Below are positions 12,601 to 25,500 of a DNA stretch of 64,000 nucleotides, piece after piece. Under the pieces are notes generated by a model. That model saw only the letters and a program-made list of their open reading frames with translations. It was not told the origin of the DNA and did not search any database. A program made the translations under genes and the position numbers. The stretch covers positions 62,001 to 126,000 of the forward strand of contig NIVC01000608.1 of NCBI GenBank assembly GCA_002269645.1, given 5' to 3'. How positions within the stretch are numbered: the stretch's first letter is position 1; each line of letters begins with the position of its first letter. The DNA comes from Macrostomum lignano (lineage: Eukaryota).

Positions 12601-13946
12601 GTCTGTAGGTGTCAGCTTTGGACAACCCAATCGTTTCCAGATCGTTTTTGACATTACCGAAACTCCTGCCCCAGTATCGATTTGTGCGTTCACGCTAGGC
12701 ATCGACCCGCTCGTGTGTCTGAGCCTAACAGGCACGGTGTAGCTATCAACGGGATGTCGAATGTGAAAAAAATCCTCCTGTTCAGCTTCGCTTGCATCTA
12801 CAAAGCTTGTGGTCCTTGGCCACACTGCAGCTCGCCTAAATTGACCAGATGCTGACGGGCTTTTGAACGATTTTCGGCCTTTGCCAAAACCAGTTGATTT
12901 CGTTTTGCAAACTGTTGCGAAGTGGTTTTGCATGCCACATTTGTTGCACGTTTTTCCTTTCGCAGGACACCCTCCATTGGAGCCATGCATCGTGCCACAT
13001 CTGCCACACTTGGAGCTTGTAGAGTGGGAGCCTCTGGCCACCGATGCTGAAATTTTCATTACTTCAGAAGACTGCGGCTGACTGGTGCAACCTTTTAGTA
13101 TTTGCGTTTGTGATAGGTTCTGGTGCGCCTCAGCGATGTTGATAGCTGTCTCAAATGTGAGAGTGCTGAAGTCCTGTTCCAATAACTTGCTGATGGCCAC
13201 CTTGTCATTCAAACCGAATACGAGCTGATCTCTCAGTCTCTCATCTCTGGATAGGCCAAACTGACACTTGTCTGCTTGCATGCAGAGTTGCTGTGCATAC
13301 TCACGAATGCTCATTGATGCCGTGCGAGTGATATGCTGGAAATTGAATCTCTCAGCCATGACGAACGTCTTTGGTTCCAGGATGCTGGCCAGTAGTTTGG
13401 TCAGTTCATCGAAGCTCTTTTCTCCCGGCTTCTTGGAGCGGCTCGATCTGCCAATGCGTCGTACAGCTTGGTGCTGAGCTTCATCAGCAGCAGCTTGTTT
13501 TTCGTGTCGTCCTGCCAGCCGTTGAGTTCACTGCACAGTGTGAATCGGTCCAACCACCTCTGGAAGTTCGAACTTTCATCGAGTTTTTCGATGTCAACTT
13601 GCTGTCCTCTCGATACTTGTGCGCTTGGGTTCTGCGCTGTCGCTGTTGCCGACTTTGTCGCTTGGACTGATTTCGACGAGATCGCAAGCGGTGGTGCTTT
13701 GTCGCTCGAAACCGTTTTACCAACTCCTTTAGTTGGCGATGCTGGCGTACTTCCAGGCATTTTCGTAGTCTATGCTTGCCGACGCCACTGTTGTGCTTTT
13801 GGCTTTAGCCTTTAGCAATTGTCAGTCTAGCGGTCTGCTGACCTCTGACGCGTCTATCCTTTATTTCAAAACTCAATAGCATGGTTCAATTCATCAACGC
13901 AGTCGCGTAACAAAAATGTCTATGGCAAAGCCATCAACCCACAACA
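9640..13946 (-). mobile_element. Full-length compact Ty3/Gypsy LTR retrotransposon (Mag-like), 4307 bp
   Basis: LTRs at 9640-9796 and 13789-13946, both TGTTGTG...CACAACA; 5-bp TSD GATAT (9635-9639, 13947-13951); polypurine tract AGAAGAGGGAGGG on the minus strand at 9797-9809; TGGCG primer-binding-site-like motif next to the 5' LTR; gag-pol ORF inside. Confidence 0.97.
9829..13760 (-). CDS. Gag-Pol polyprotein (gag with two CCHC knuckles, protease, RT, RNase H, integrase) broken by one frameshift near 13435
   Basis: CGRCGTMH..C and CNKCGMQNHFATVC; IDTGA; YVDD; ECDSS...DHRPL; HSTH...CNVC, HIDFAGP, SDNG, SNGIAER. The gag N-terminus (ATG 13760) joins the 1176-aa ORF if one A is restored in CCA-AG-AAG-CCG, giving APKKPGEKSFDELTKLL. 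Confidence 0.93.
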
Positions 13947-14028
13947 GATATGATGTAATTGATGTAAGAGCATGCGAAAGTGATGATGTCGGCCAAAAAT
14001 TGCAATTTTGCAAAAGAAAGACATACAC

Positions 14029-14820
<792 letters not shown>

Positions 14821-15602
14821 AATTTTTATCTGTTAATAATAATTCGCTGTTGCAGTGAGAGCGTCAGGCGGACAAGGCTGGCGGGAACCTGTACAGATGA
14901 GAGACACACCCCATAATTATTTGTGCTTTACCGCCGAGGCTCTCAATCGAGGAAAAGCTAAACAAAAAAGAGGCATCAGTTTATGCGAAGGTACTCGTAA
15001 AACCCCTAATTAAAACAGGGAAGTATATTCAAGGGAGCCGCAGGATGTGACAGCAAGACAAGTTAACCAGTACCCGAACCGGCAAAACCTGCTAGGGATG
15101 CTGATGTCTATTGTTAGAGCTGCAATTATAGCCCAGGGCTTCTTTGGGCTGATGTTATTTTCGTCAGCTATTTGGGTAGCGCCGCAGGCAACCCCTTGAC
15201 GGTGAGATAGGGAAATTCCTAGAACAAGAACACTCTGCAACTGCACGGCTTCATTCTCGTCAGACAGTTCTGACGTCTGACAGCCGAGTCCATGTGTACC
15301 AAAATGGACAAAATAGATTTATAAAGCCACTCAAGCGCATGTAAACAATTCTAAGTACAAACTTGTCATAACAGCAGAACAGACCATTTTTTGATTGCAC
15401 ATAATTGTGTTCGTCAAGTGGTATACAGGTATTGCAATATATCTCTCAGATACATGCAGCATTCATGTAGGTAGGCAGTAATTCAAATGGCTCACTGGAT
15501 TCTCTGGGCTTAACAATGTCCGCCTAGTTTTTGTCTGGCAACCTGGGCGGTTGCGGCAGGCGCGTTCCAAATACGGTATGCGGCGGCTGACACATGATCG
15601 AT

Positions 15603-15920
15603 CTCTCCTCCCCGTGTCTACTCCCCAGCTCTGTCTCTCCTCCCCGTGTCTACTCCCCATCTCTGTCTCTCCTCCCCGTGTCTACTCCCCAGCTCTGTCT
15701 CTCCTCCCCGTGTCTACTCCCCAGCTCTGTCTCTCCTCCCCGTGTCTACTCCCCAGCTCTGTCTCTCCTCCCCGTGTCTACTCCCCAGCTCTGTCTCTCC
15801 TCCCCGTGTCTACTCCCCATCTCTGTCTCTCCTCCCCGTGTCTACTCCCCAGCTCTGTCTCTCCTCCCCGTGTCTACTCCCCATCTCTGTCTCTCCTCCC
15901 CGTGTCTACTCCCCATCTCC
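15603..15920. repeat. 32-bp pyrimidine-rich minisatellite, ~10 copies
   Basis: Unit CTCTGTCTCTCCTCCCCGTGTCTACTCCCCA(G/T). Confidence 0.95.
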
Positions 15921-16416
15921 CCTTGCTTGACTCAGTTTCTCCTGTCTTGTTATGATAGTTAAGTGCATTGTGCAGGAGCAATTTTCACTTGATAAGATAA
16001 GTTACAGTGGCCTAACACAGTTAAACACTACCAAATATAATTGAGATGGCTGAAAAAGTCTAATACATAAACCCTAGCAAGGGACAGACGGACTTTGGCT
16101 ATTAAAAACAGCTGAAATTCACAGTCCCAGCAGCGGTAGACGAGGGTAGAAAGTGTTAATTAGCATGCACGCACAAAAGACTACATACACTAATTATTTG
16201 GCTTGACGCGTCTCACCGCCGCGAACAGATCAATTCAAAAGTCAGACAGGCGCGTCCGGCTGTAGGTTGTTAAGCTCCAACTGTGCTCAAATCGTGTCAA
16301 TTTATCTTGCAGGCTTTCAGTAGCTACCAATCGAGCGTCCTAAATCTAATAGCGTACCCCGATCTGTTTGACCGACTTTGTCTGACGCATTGCTCTGCAC
16401 GAGTTCGTATGCCTGT

Positions 16417-18687
16417 CTTGAGTTCTGAATGTTTCTACCAAGATTTACCATAGACAGTAGCATTTCAGTTGTGTCCATCTTGAGTTCTGAATGTTTCTAC
16501 CAAGATTTACCATAGACAGTAGCATTTCAGTTGTGTCCATCTTGAGTTCTGAATGTTTCTACCAAGATTTACCATAGACAGTAGCATTTCAGTTGTGTCC
16601 ATCTTGAGTTCTGAATGTTTCTACCAAGATTTACCATAGACAGTAGCATTTCAGTTGTGTCCATCTTGAGTTCTGAATGTTTCTACCAAGATTTACCATA
16701 GACAGTAGCATTTCAGTTGTGTCCATCTTGAGTTCTAAATGTTTCTACCAAGATTTACCATAGACAGTAGCATTTCAGTTGTGTCCATCTTGAGTTCTGA
16801 ATGTTTCTACCAAGATTTACCATAGACAGTAGCATTTCAGTTGTGTCCATCTTGAGTTCTGAATGTTTCTACCAAGATTTACCATAGACAGTAGCATTTC
16901 AGTTGTGTCCATCTTGAGTTCTAAATGTTTCTACCAAGATTTACCATAGACAGTAGCATTTCAGTTGTGTCCATCTTGAGTTCTGAATGTTTCTACCAAG
17001 ATTTACCATAGACAGTAGCATTTCAGTTGTGTCCATCTTGAGTTCTGAATGTTTCTACCAAGATTTACCATAGACAGTAGCATTTCAGTTGTGTCCATCT
17101 TGAGTTCTGAATGTTTCTACCAAGATTTACCATAGACAGTAGCATTTCAGTTGTGTCCATCTTGAGTTCTGAATGTTTCTACCAAGATTTACCATAGACA
17201 GTAGCATTACAGTTGTGTCCATCTTGAGTTCTGAATGTTTCTACCAAGATTTACCATAGACAGTAGCATTACAGTTGTGTCCATCTTGAGTTCTGAATGT
17301 TTCTACCAAGATTTACCATAGACAGTAGCATTACAGTTGTGTCCATCTTGAGTTCTGAATGTTTCTACCAAGATTTACCATAGACAGTAGCATTTCAGTT
17401 GTGTCCATCTTGAGTTCTGAATGTTTCTACCAAGATTTACCATAGACAGTAGCATTTCAGTTGTGTCCATCTTGAGTTCTGAATGTTTCTACCAAGATTT
17501 ACCATAGACAGTAGCATTTCAGTTGTGTCCATCTTGAGTTCTGAATGTTTCTACCAAGATTTACCATAGACAGTAGCATTTCAGTTGTGTCCATCTTGAG
17601 TTCTGAATGTTTCTACCAAGATTTACCATAGACAGTAGCATTACAGTTGTGTCCATCTTGAGTTCTGAATGTTTCTACCAAGATTTACCATAGACAGTAG
17701 CATTACAGTTGTGTCCATCTTGAGTTCTGAATGTTTCTACCAAGATTTACCATAGACAGTAGCATTACAGTTGTGTCCATCTTGAGTTCTGAATGTTTCT
17801 ACCAAGATTTACCATAGACAGTAGCATTACAGTTGTGTCCATCTTGAGTTCTGAATGTTTCTACCAAGATTTACCATAGACAGTAGCATTACAGTTGTGT
17901 CCGACTTGAGTTCTGAATATTTCTACCAAGATTTACCATAGACAGTAGCATTACAATTGTGTCCGACTTGAGTTCTGAATGTTTCTACCAAGATTTACCA
18001 TAGACAGTAGCATTACAGTTGTGTCCATCTGGAGTTCTGAATGTTTCTACCAAGATTTACCATAGACAGTAGCATTACAATTGTGTCCGACTTGAGTTCT
18101 GAATATTTCTACCAAGATTTACCATAGACAGTAGCATTACAGTTGTGTCCATCTTGAGTTCTGAATGTTTCTACCAAGATTTACCATAGACAGTAGCATT
18201 ACAGTTGTGTCCATCTTGAGTTCTGAATGTTTCTACCAAGATTTACCATAGACAGTAGCATTACAGTTGTGTCCATCTTGAGTTCTGAATGTTTCTACCA
18301 AGATTTACCATAGACAGTAGCATTACAGTTGTGTCCATCTTGAGTTCTGAATGTTTCTACCAAGATTTACCATAGACAGTAGCATTACAGTTGTGTCTGT
18401 CTTGAGTTCTGAATGTTTCTACCAAGATTTACCATAGACAGTAGCATTACAGTTGTGTCCGACTTGAGTTCTGAATGTTTCTACCAAGATTTACCATAGA
18501 CAGTAGCATTACAGTTGTGTCCATCTTGAGTTCTGAATGTTTCTACCAAGATTTACCATAGACAGTAGCATTACAGTTGTGTCCATCTTGAGTTCTGAAT
18601 GTTTCTACCAAGATTTACCATAGACAGTAGCATTACAGTTGTGTCCATCTTGAGTTCTGAATGTTTCTACCAAGATTTACCATAGAC
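16417..18687. repeat. 62-bp satellite, ~36 copies
   Basis: Unit CTTGAGTTCTGAATGTTTCTACCAAGATTTACCATAGACAGTAGCATT(T/A)CAGTTGTGTCCAT. Confidence 0.97.
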
Positions 18688-21084
18688 TAGTCCAGCACAG
18701 ATTCTCCTTCAAGATTCCTTTCTCTAGAACAAGAGCAACAGAAGCGGTGCTTCATTCACATACTAAATTATTGAATGCTCTACCTGCAGCATTAGTTAAT
18801 CCTGGCATCAAGTCATCTTTTTTAAAGAGCCGGGTATCTTAAAGACCACCTTGATCAGTTTTTAGGCTACTCTTTTCCTTTGTCTTGTTCTCCTACCATC
18901 TTCTCCCTTTGTCTTCTTTCACTTCCTTTCCCCTTTTCCGCTTCGTAACCATGGGTCACCATTGGTACTATTGGTCCTTGACCACAGTCATGGTGAGTTA
19001 CACAATAATAAAAATAACAATAAGCTCTGTACTCTCGTACGTCGTGAGTTCCTCAGGTTTTGAACTTGATTCAAAATCTTTCTAATTTTGTCATTATTGA
19101 CTAAATACATATGTATACAAGCGGATACATACACAGTGGCAAACAGTTGGCTAAATTTCTAGTTCATATGAACCAATACCGGTATGTGATGTGATGCGCC
19201 TCATTTGGCCAACAATCGTGCCATTGGGCAGTTATTGGTGGGGAGAAAGGCAAATCAGACCCGATAGAAACATACCCATAAAAATATTGAAGTACAGGCA
19301 TACAAAACACACTTATCTCCGAACCCCCCAGGCTAAAGCAAATTCACTTGTATGGGAATATGCTTCATCAGTATTTATGCCGCTAATGGTGCCTGCCGAT
19401 CTCTACAGGCGAATAGTCGCGGAAAGAAGATACAAAAACAGCCATAAGCATTGCCAGTGATAGATAACCCCCTCCTTCAGGCGCCTAAAATGTAACAGTT
19501 TAATGCCGTCATATCCATATATTATACTCTCCAAATTCTAATACGATCGGCGTGGGTATAGATATGGCTAGGATGTCGCAAGATGGACCGAATTCCGGCG
19601 TACGGAGCCACCAGCGCTGTTCGGACGGGGAGGGGAGAAGATAAATAAACGAAGGGATTAATAATAACGGTATTGATTAATAGCGAACCAGGGACTACTG
19701 AACAGGGAAATACACAACTCTCAGTTAGCGATCCATAAATCCTATTGCTATTTGCACACGCAGTACAAAGATAAGGGAGTTATATCTCCATATACATGCA
19801 CACTAGGTGGTCCGCATTTTGCAACGGTTAGTTTTTCTAAATTGGCCAGCCCTTATTTTTACTTAAGAATACTAAGCAAAGGGGGGAATTCCTGCTGGTG
19901 TCACCTGTTAAAGGTCCAGAAGCTCCGCCTGGGTGAAGGCCAGTGACTAACAAAGTCAAAGCTGACGCAGACACGTGGTCGGCGTGCTGATGAAATTTGG
20001 AGGCTTGGCAAGGCTGCACTGAGGCGCAGTGCTGGTTGGCGCACAGGGGGTGTACTGAATACACTGGCGCATATGGAAAGAATCCGACCTTCTGGCAGAA
20101 TTTTTGGATATCTCGACATTACGGAGGCCTGGCGACTTGATTCTTGTTTGAGAAGGTGTACAGCAAATGTACAGCACGATAGTTTGATCGGCACCCTAGC
20201 AACTGCAGCACACGAAGAACTCAGTAAGCGTGTTGATCGTATAACTGAGGACGTTTCTTTGTATTACCCAAACGCTCGCAGGAAGCCTCCAGGCCAAACA
20301 CTGGGACGCAAGCGACAAAAGACTGTGCGAGATCCCCTACCCCATGCGGCGATGTCAAAAAGGCAAAGTCAGAGCTATTGAGCTGGCCCTGTAATTTTGT
20401 GCCGACACTGCGATTCACGTGATTAAGAAGAATTGGGGAAATTGTAGACCTGTAATTCATCCAGGCCTAGCACCAAGCATCCAGTCACGTCAATCTGGCG
20501 TTGCGACCTCCCGATTAGCTGAACTGACTGATGACAAAAGGTTTCCCAGTGCAAAAATAGTCAAGTCAAAAGGCATAATTATTATAATTATGCGGCTACT
20601 GGCTTAAATTCCAGCACAGCGCCATCATTATGCTAAGTTGTATATTGTCTTTGCGTCATTAGCCATTTTGCCCTGATCCTGGCCTGGATAAATTCTACCT
20701 GGGAAAACAGGAAACAGCTTCATCGCCACTTCACTTTAATTAGTCTAGTTTCTTGCACACAGCAGGTTCTTGCGGAGATTTTCAACAATCCGAGTGTTTG
20801 ATCAAGCAAATGAAGTTTTGTGAAAGTCAAAGAGGACAACGCAAATTTATTGTAGCTAAAATGAATTCAATGAATCCAATTGATTTATTAGAGCAATACT
20901 ATACAAAATGGAATCTTGATTGTCAGCACAAATACAAAGTTTTCTCTAATGAATAACACAAACTTAGATTTGCTAACATGACAAAAGTTAGTTCGCATAA
21001 CACATGGATATGAGGGGGGGGGGTAAAAACAGCAAAATACAGGGTCATATTTGGAGTGAAAAGTCAGTGACAGCTTTAGAGACT

Positions 21085-22575
21085 GCAAACAAGGGAATCT
21101 GGGAGAGTGACAGACTGCAGATATGGGAATATGGGAGATTGACAGATTTTTAGACACGGATATGGGAGAGTGACAGATTGAAGACGGGAGTATGGGAGAG
21201 TGACACTGCAGACATGGGAATTTAGGAGAGTGACAGAAGGCAGACATAAGAATATGGGAGGGTGACAGACTGCAGACACAGAGATCTGGGAGAGTGACAG
21301 ATCGCAGACAAGGCAATCTAGGCGAGTGAAAGACTACAGACAAGGGAATCTGGGAGTGACAGACTGCAGACATGGGAATCTTGGAGGGTGACAGACTACA
21401 GACACGAGGATCTAGGACAGTGACAGATTGCAGACACGAGGATCTGAGTGGGTGACAGATCGCAAACAAGACAATCTAGGCGAGTGAAAGACTACAGACA
21501 CGAGTATCTGGGAGAGTGACAGACTACAGACACAAGGATCTAGGACAGTGACAGATTGCAGACACGAGGATCTGAGTGGGTGACAGACTGCAGACACGAG
21601 GATCTGGGAGAGTGACAGATCGCAAACAAGACAATCTAGGCGAGTGAAAGACTACAGACAAGGGAATCTGGAAGGGTGACAGACTGCAGACACGAGGATC
21701 TGAGTGGGTGACAGACTGCAGACACGAGGATCTGGGAGAGTGACAGATCGCAAACAAGACAATCTAGGCGAGTGAAAGACTACAGACAAGGGAATCTGGA
21801 AGGGTGACAGACTGCAGACACGAGGATCTGGGAGGGTGACAGACTGCAGACACGAGGATCTGGGAGAGTGACAGATCGCAAACAAGACAATCTAGGCGAG
21901 TGAAAGACTACAGACAAGGGAATCTGGGAGAGTGACAGACTACAGACACAAGGATCTAGGATAGTGACAGATTGCAGACACGAGGATCTGAGTGGGTGAC
22001 AGACTGCAGACACGAGGATCTGGGAGAGTGACAGATCGCAAACAAGACAATCTAGGCGAGTGAAAGACTACAGACAAGGGAATCTGGAAGGGTGACAGAC
22101 TGCAGACACGAGGATCTGGGAGGGTGACAGACTGCAGACACGAGGATCTGGGAGAGTGACAGATCGCAAACAAGACAATCTAGGCGAGTGAAAGACTACA
22201 GACAAGGGAATCTGGGAGAGTGACAGACTACAGACACAAGGATCTAGGACAGTGACAGATTGCAGACACGAGGATCTGAGTGGGTGACAGACTGCAGACA
22301 CGAGGATCTGGGAGAGTGACAGATCGCAAACAAGACAATCTAGGCGAGTGAAAGACTACAGACAAGGGAATCTGGAAGGGTGACAGACTGCAGACACGAG
22401 GATCTGGGAGGGTGACAGACTGCAGACACGAGGATCTGGGAGAGTGACAGACTACAGACACGAGGATCTGGGAGGGTGACAGACTGCAGACACGAGGATC
22501 TGGGAGTGACAGACTGCAGACACGAGTATCTGGGAGAGTGACAGACTGCAGACACGAGGATCTGGGAGTGACACA
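21085..22575. repeat. 32-bp-monomer satellite with 128/160-bp higher-order repeats
   Basis: Monomer GTGACAGACTGCAGACACGAGGATCTGGGAGA; the variant CGCAAACAAGACAATCTAGGCGAG recurs at 21461, 21621, 21749, 21877, 22037, 22165 and 22325. Confidence 0.93.
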
Positions 22576-22592
22576 AGAGTGACAAAGCTTCA

Positions 22593-25500
22593 TCAGCGAC
22601 AGCCGCCCCCGTGTCCAATTCCACTGCCGCTGGATCCGCCAGGCGGCAGGCTGGACTCGTCCTGTATGCAGGACAGAATCTCGCCAGCAATACGCTGAGC
22701 AGCCTCTGTACCAATATTGAGATTGAGATCGTGCAGATCCAGCATAGACTCGTCCAGGACTGGCGCGGCGGAGTGGGCCAACCGCAAGTGGCGGCTCAGG
22801 GTAGGCCGGTGCCGATATCGGCGACCGCACAGTCGGCAAGCATGTCTGGCATCCGTAGAATGAGTGTCCCGATGCTTCAGCAATCCGCACTGACTAGAAA
22901 ATGCTTTGCCGCACTGCTGACAGGTGAATAATAATTGGCCACCGGAGTGGCGGCACAATTCGTGGGCACGCAGATTGCCCAGAGTGGTGGATTGGTAAGG
23001 GCAGTGCTGACAGGCGAATGGTCTGCTGCTGCCGACACTGGCGCTGACTGAGGCCGATACAGGGCGGCCCTGTCTCAGGCTTAACAGCCGGCTGTGCTTT
23101 TCTAGCCTATGCTTAGCGAGATCTGAGCTGGTCAGGTAGCTTTTATTGCACTTGTCGCACGAGTAGTGACGAGCGCTGGCGTGACTGGGCAGGTGGCGGA
23201 CAAAGGCTGAGTCTAGAAATGAGATGTTAGAAAATGGGATTTGGGAGATTAGGAGAGCCGCGACTGCTGCTAGCAGGGTCTGTTCTAGGGGATATTCTCC
23301 TCACGTAGCCTTAGTCAGAGGGGATATTCTCCTCACGTAGCCTTAGTCAGAGGGGATATTCTCCTCACGTAGCCTTAGTCAGAGGGGATATTCTCCTCAC
23401 GTAGCCTTAGTCAGAGGGGATATTCTCACGTAGCCTTAGTCAGAGGGGATATTCTCACGTAGCCTTAGTCAGAGGGGATATTCTCCTCACGTAGCCTTAG
23501 TCAGAGGGGATATTCTCCTCACGTAGCCTTAGTCAGAGGGGATATTCTCCTCACGTAGCCTTAGTCAGAGGGGATATTCTCACGTAGCCTTAGTCAGAGG
23601 GGATATTCTCCTCACGTAGCCTTAGTCAGAGGGGATATTCTCCTCACGTAGCCTTAGTCAGAGGGGATATTCTCACGTAGCCTTAGTCAGAGGGGATATT
23701 CTCCTCACGTAGCCTTAGTCAGAGGGGATATTCTCCTCACGTAGCCTTAGTCAGAGGGGATATTCTCACGTAGCCTTAGTCAGAGGGGATATTCTCCTCA
23801 CTTAGCCTTAGTCAGAGGGGATATTCTCCTCACGTAGCCTTAGTCAGAGGGGATATTCTCACGTAGCCTTAGTCAGAGGGGATATTCTCACGTAGCCTTA
23901 GTCAGAGGGGATATTCTCCTCACGTAGCCTTAGTCAGAGGGGATATTCTCCTCACGTAGCCTTAGTCAGAGGGGATATTCTCCTCACGTAGCCTTAGTCA
24001 GAGGGGATATTCTCACGTAGCCTTAGTCAGAGGGGATATTCTCACGTAGCCTTAGTCAGAGGGGATATTCTCCTCACGTAGCCTTAGTCAGAGGGGATAT
24101 TCTCCTCACGTAGCCTTAGTCAGAGGGGATATTCTCCTCACGTAGCCTTAGTCAGAGGGGATATTCTCACGTAGCCTTAGTCAGAGGGGATATTCTCCTC
24201 ACGTAGCCTTAGTCAGAGGGGATATTCTCCTCACGTAGCCTTAGTCAGAGGGGATATTCTCACGTAGCCTTAGTCAGAGGGGATATTCTCCTCACGTAGC
24301 CTTAGTCAGAGGGGATATTCTCCTCACGTAGCCTTAGTCAGAGGGGATATTCTCACGTAGCCTTAGTCAGAGGGGATATTCTCACGTAGCCTTAGTCAGA
24401 GGGGATATTCTCCTCACGTAGCCTTAGTCAGAGGGGATATTCTCCTCACGTAGCCTTAGTCAGATGGGATATTCTCCTCACGTAGCCTTAGTCAGAGGGG
24501 ATATTCTCACGTAGCCTTAGTCAGTCAGAGGGGATATTCTCCTCATGTAGCCTCAAAGCTGGGGCGATTCTCATGCGTGACCTATTTACAAAGCTGGGCG
24601 ATTCTCATGCGTGACCTATTTATTTACAAAGCTATGGCGATTCTCATGCGTGACCTATTTATTTACAAAGCTGTGGCAATTCTCACGCGTGACCTATTTA
24701 TTTACAAAGCTGTGGCGATTCTCATGCGTGACCTATTTATTTACAAAGCTATGGCGATTCTCACGCGTGACCTATTTATTTACAAAGCTATGGCGATTCT
24801 CATGCGTGACCTATTTATTTACAAAGCTGTGGCGATTCTCATGCGTGACCTATTTATTTACAAAGCTGTGGCGATTCTCACGCGTGACCTATTTATTTAC
24901 AAAGCTATGGCGATTCTCATGCGTGACCTATTCACAAAGCTGGGGCGATTCTCATGCGTGACCTATTTATTTACAAAGCTGTGGCAATTCTCACGCGTGA
25001 CCTATTTATTTACAAAGCTGTGGCGATTCTCATGCGTGACCTATTTATTCACAAAGCTGGGGCGATTCTCATGCGTGACCTATTTACAAAGCGAGGGACG
25101 ATTTTCATGCGTGACCTATTTATTTACGAAGCTGTGGCGATTCTCACGCGTGACCTATTTATTTACAAAGCTGTGACGATTCTCACGCGTGACCTATTTA
25201 TTTACAAAGCTATGGCGATTCTCATGCGTGACCTATTTATTTACAAAGCTATGGCGATTCTCATGCGTGACCTATTTACAAAGCGAGGGACGATTTTCAT
25301 GCGTGACCTATTTATTTACGAAGCTATGGCGATTCTCATGCGTGACCTATTTATTTACAAAGCTGTGGCGATTCTCACGCGTGACCTATTTATTTAAAAG
25401 CTGTGGCGATTCTCATGCGTGACCTATTTATTTACAAAGCTGTGGCGATTCTCACGCGTGACCTATTTATTTACAAAGCTGTGGCGATTCTCATGCGTGA

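Noticed and set aside
13401-13477. Programmed -1 ribosomal frameshift in the LTR element
   Set aside because: The break is in the middle of gag rather than at the gag/pol boundary, and no X-XXY-YYZ slippery heptamer is present in the overlap; a 1-nt deletion or sequencing error is simpler.
15010-16410. Exon candidates around the 32-bp and 62-bp arrays (donors GTATGC at 15576 and 16407)
   Set aside because: The phases of the candidate exons were incompatible or ran into stops.
18700-18840. 3' remnant of a CR1/L2-like LINE (…KLLNALPAALV…)
   Set aside because: The resemblance is too short and weak to call without a profile search.
19837-20607. Cluster of short ORFs including the 102-aa ORF at 20073
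   Set aside because: No recognisable motif, consistent splice structure or element termini.
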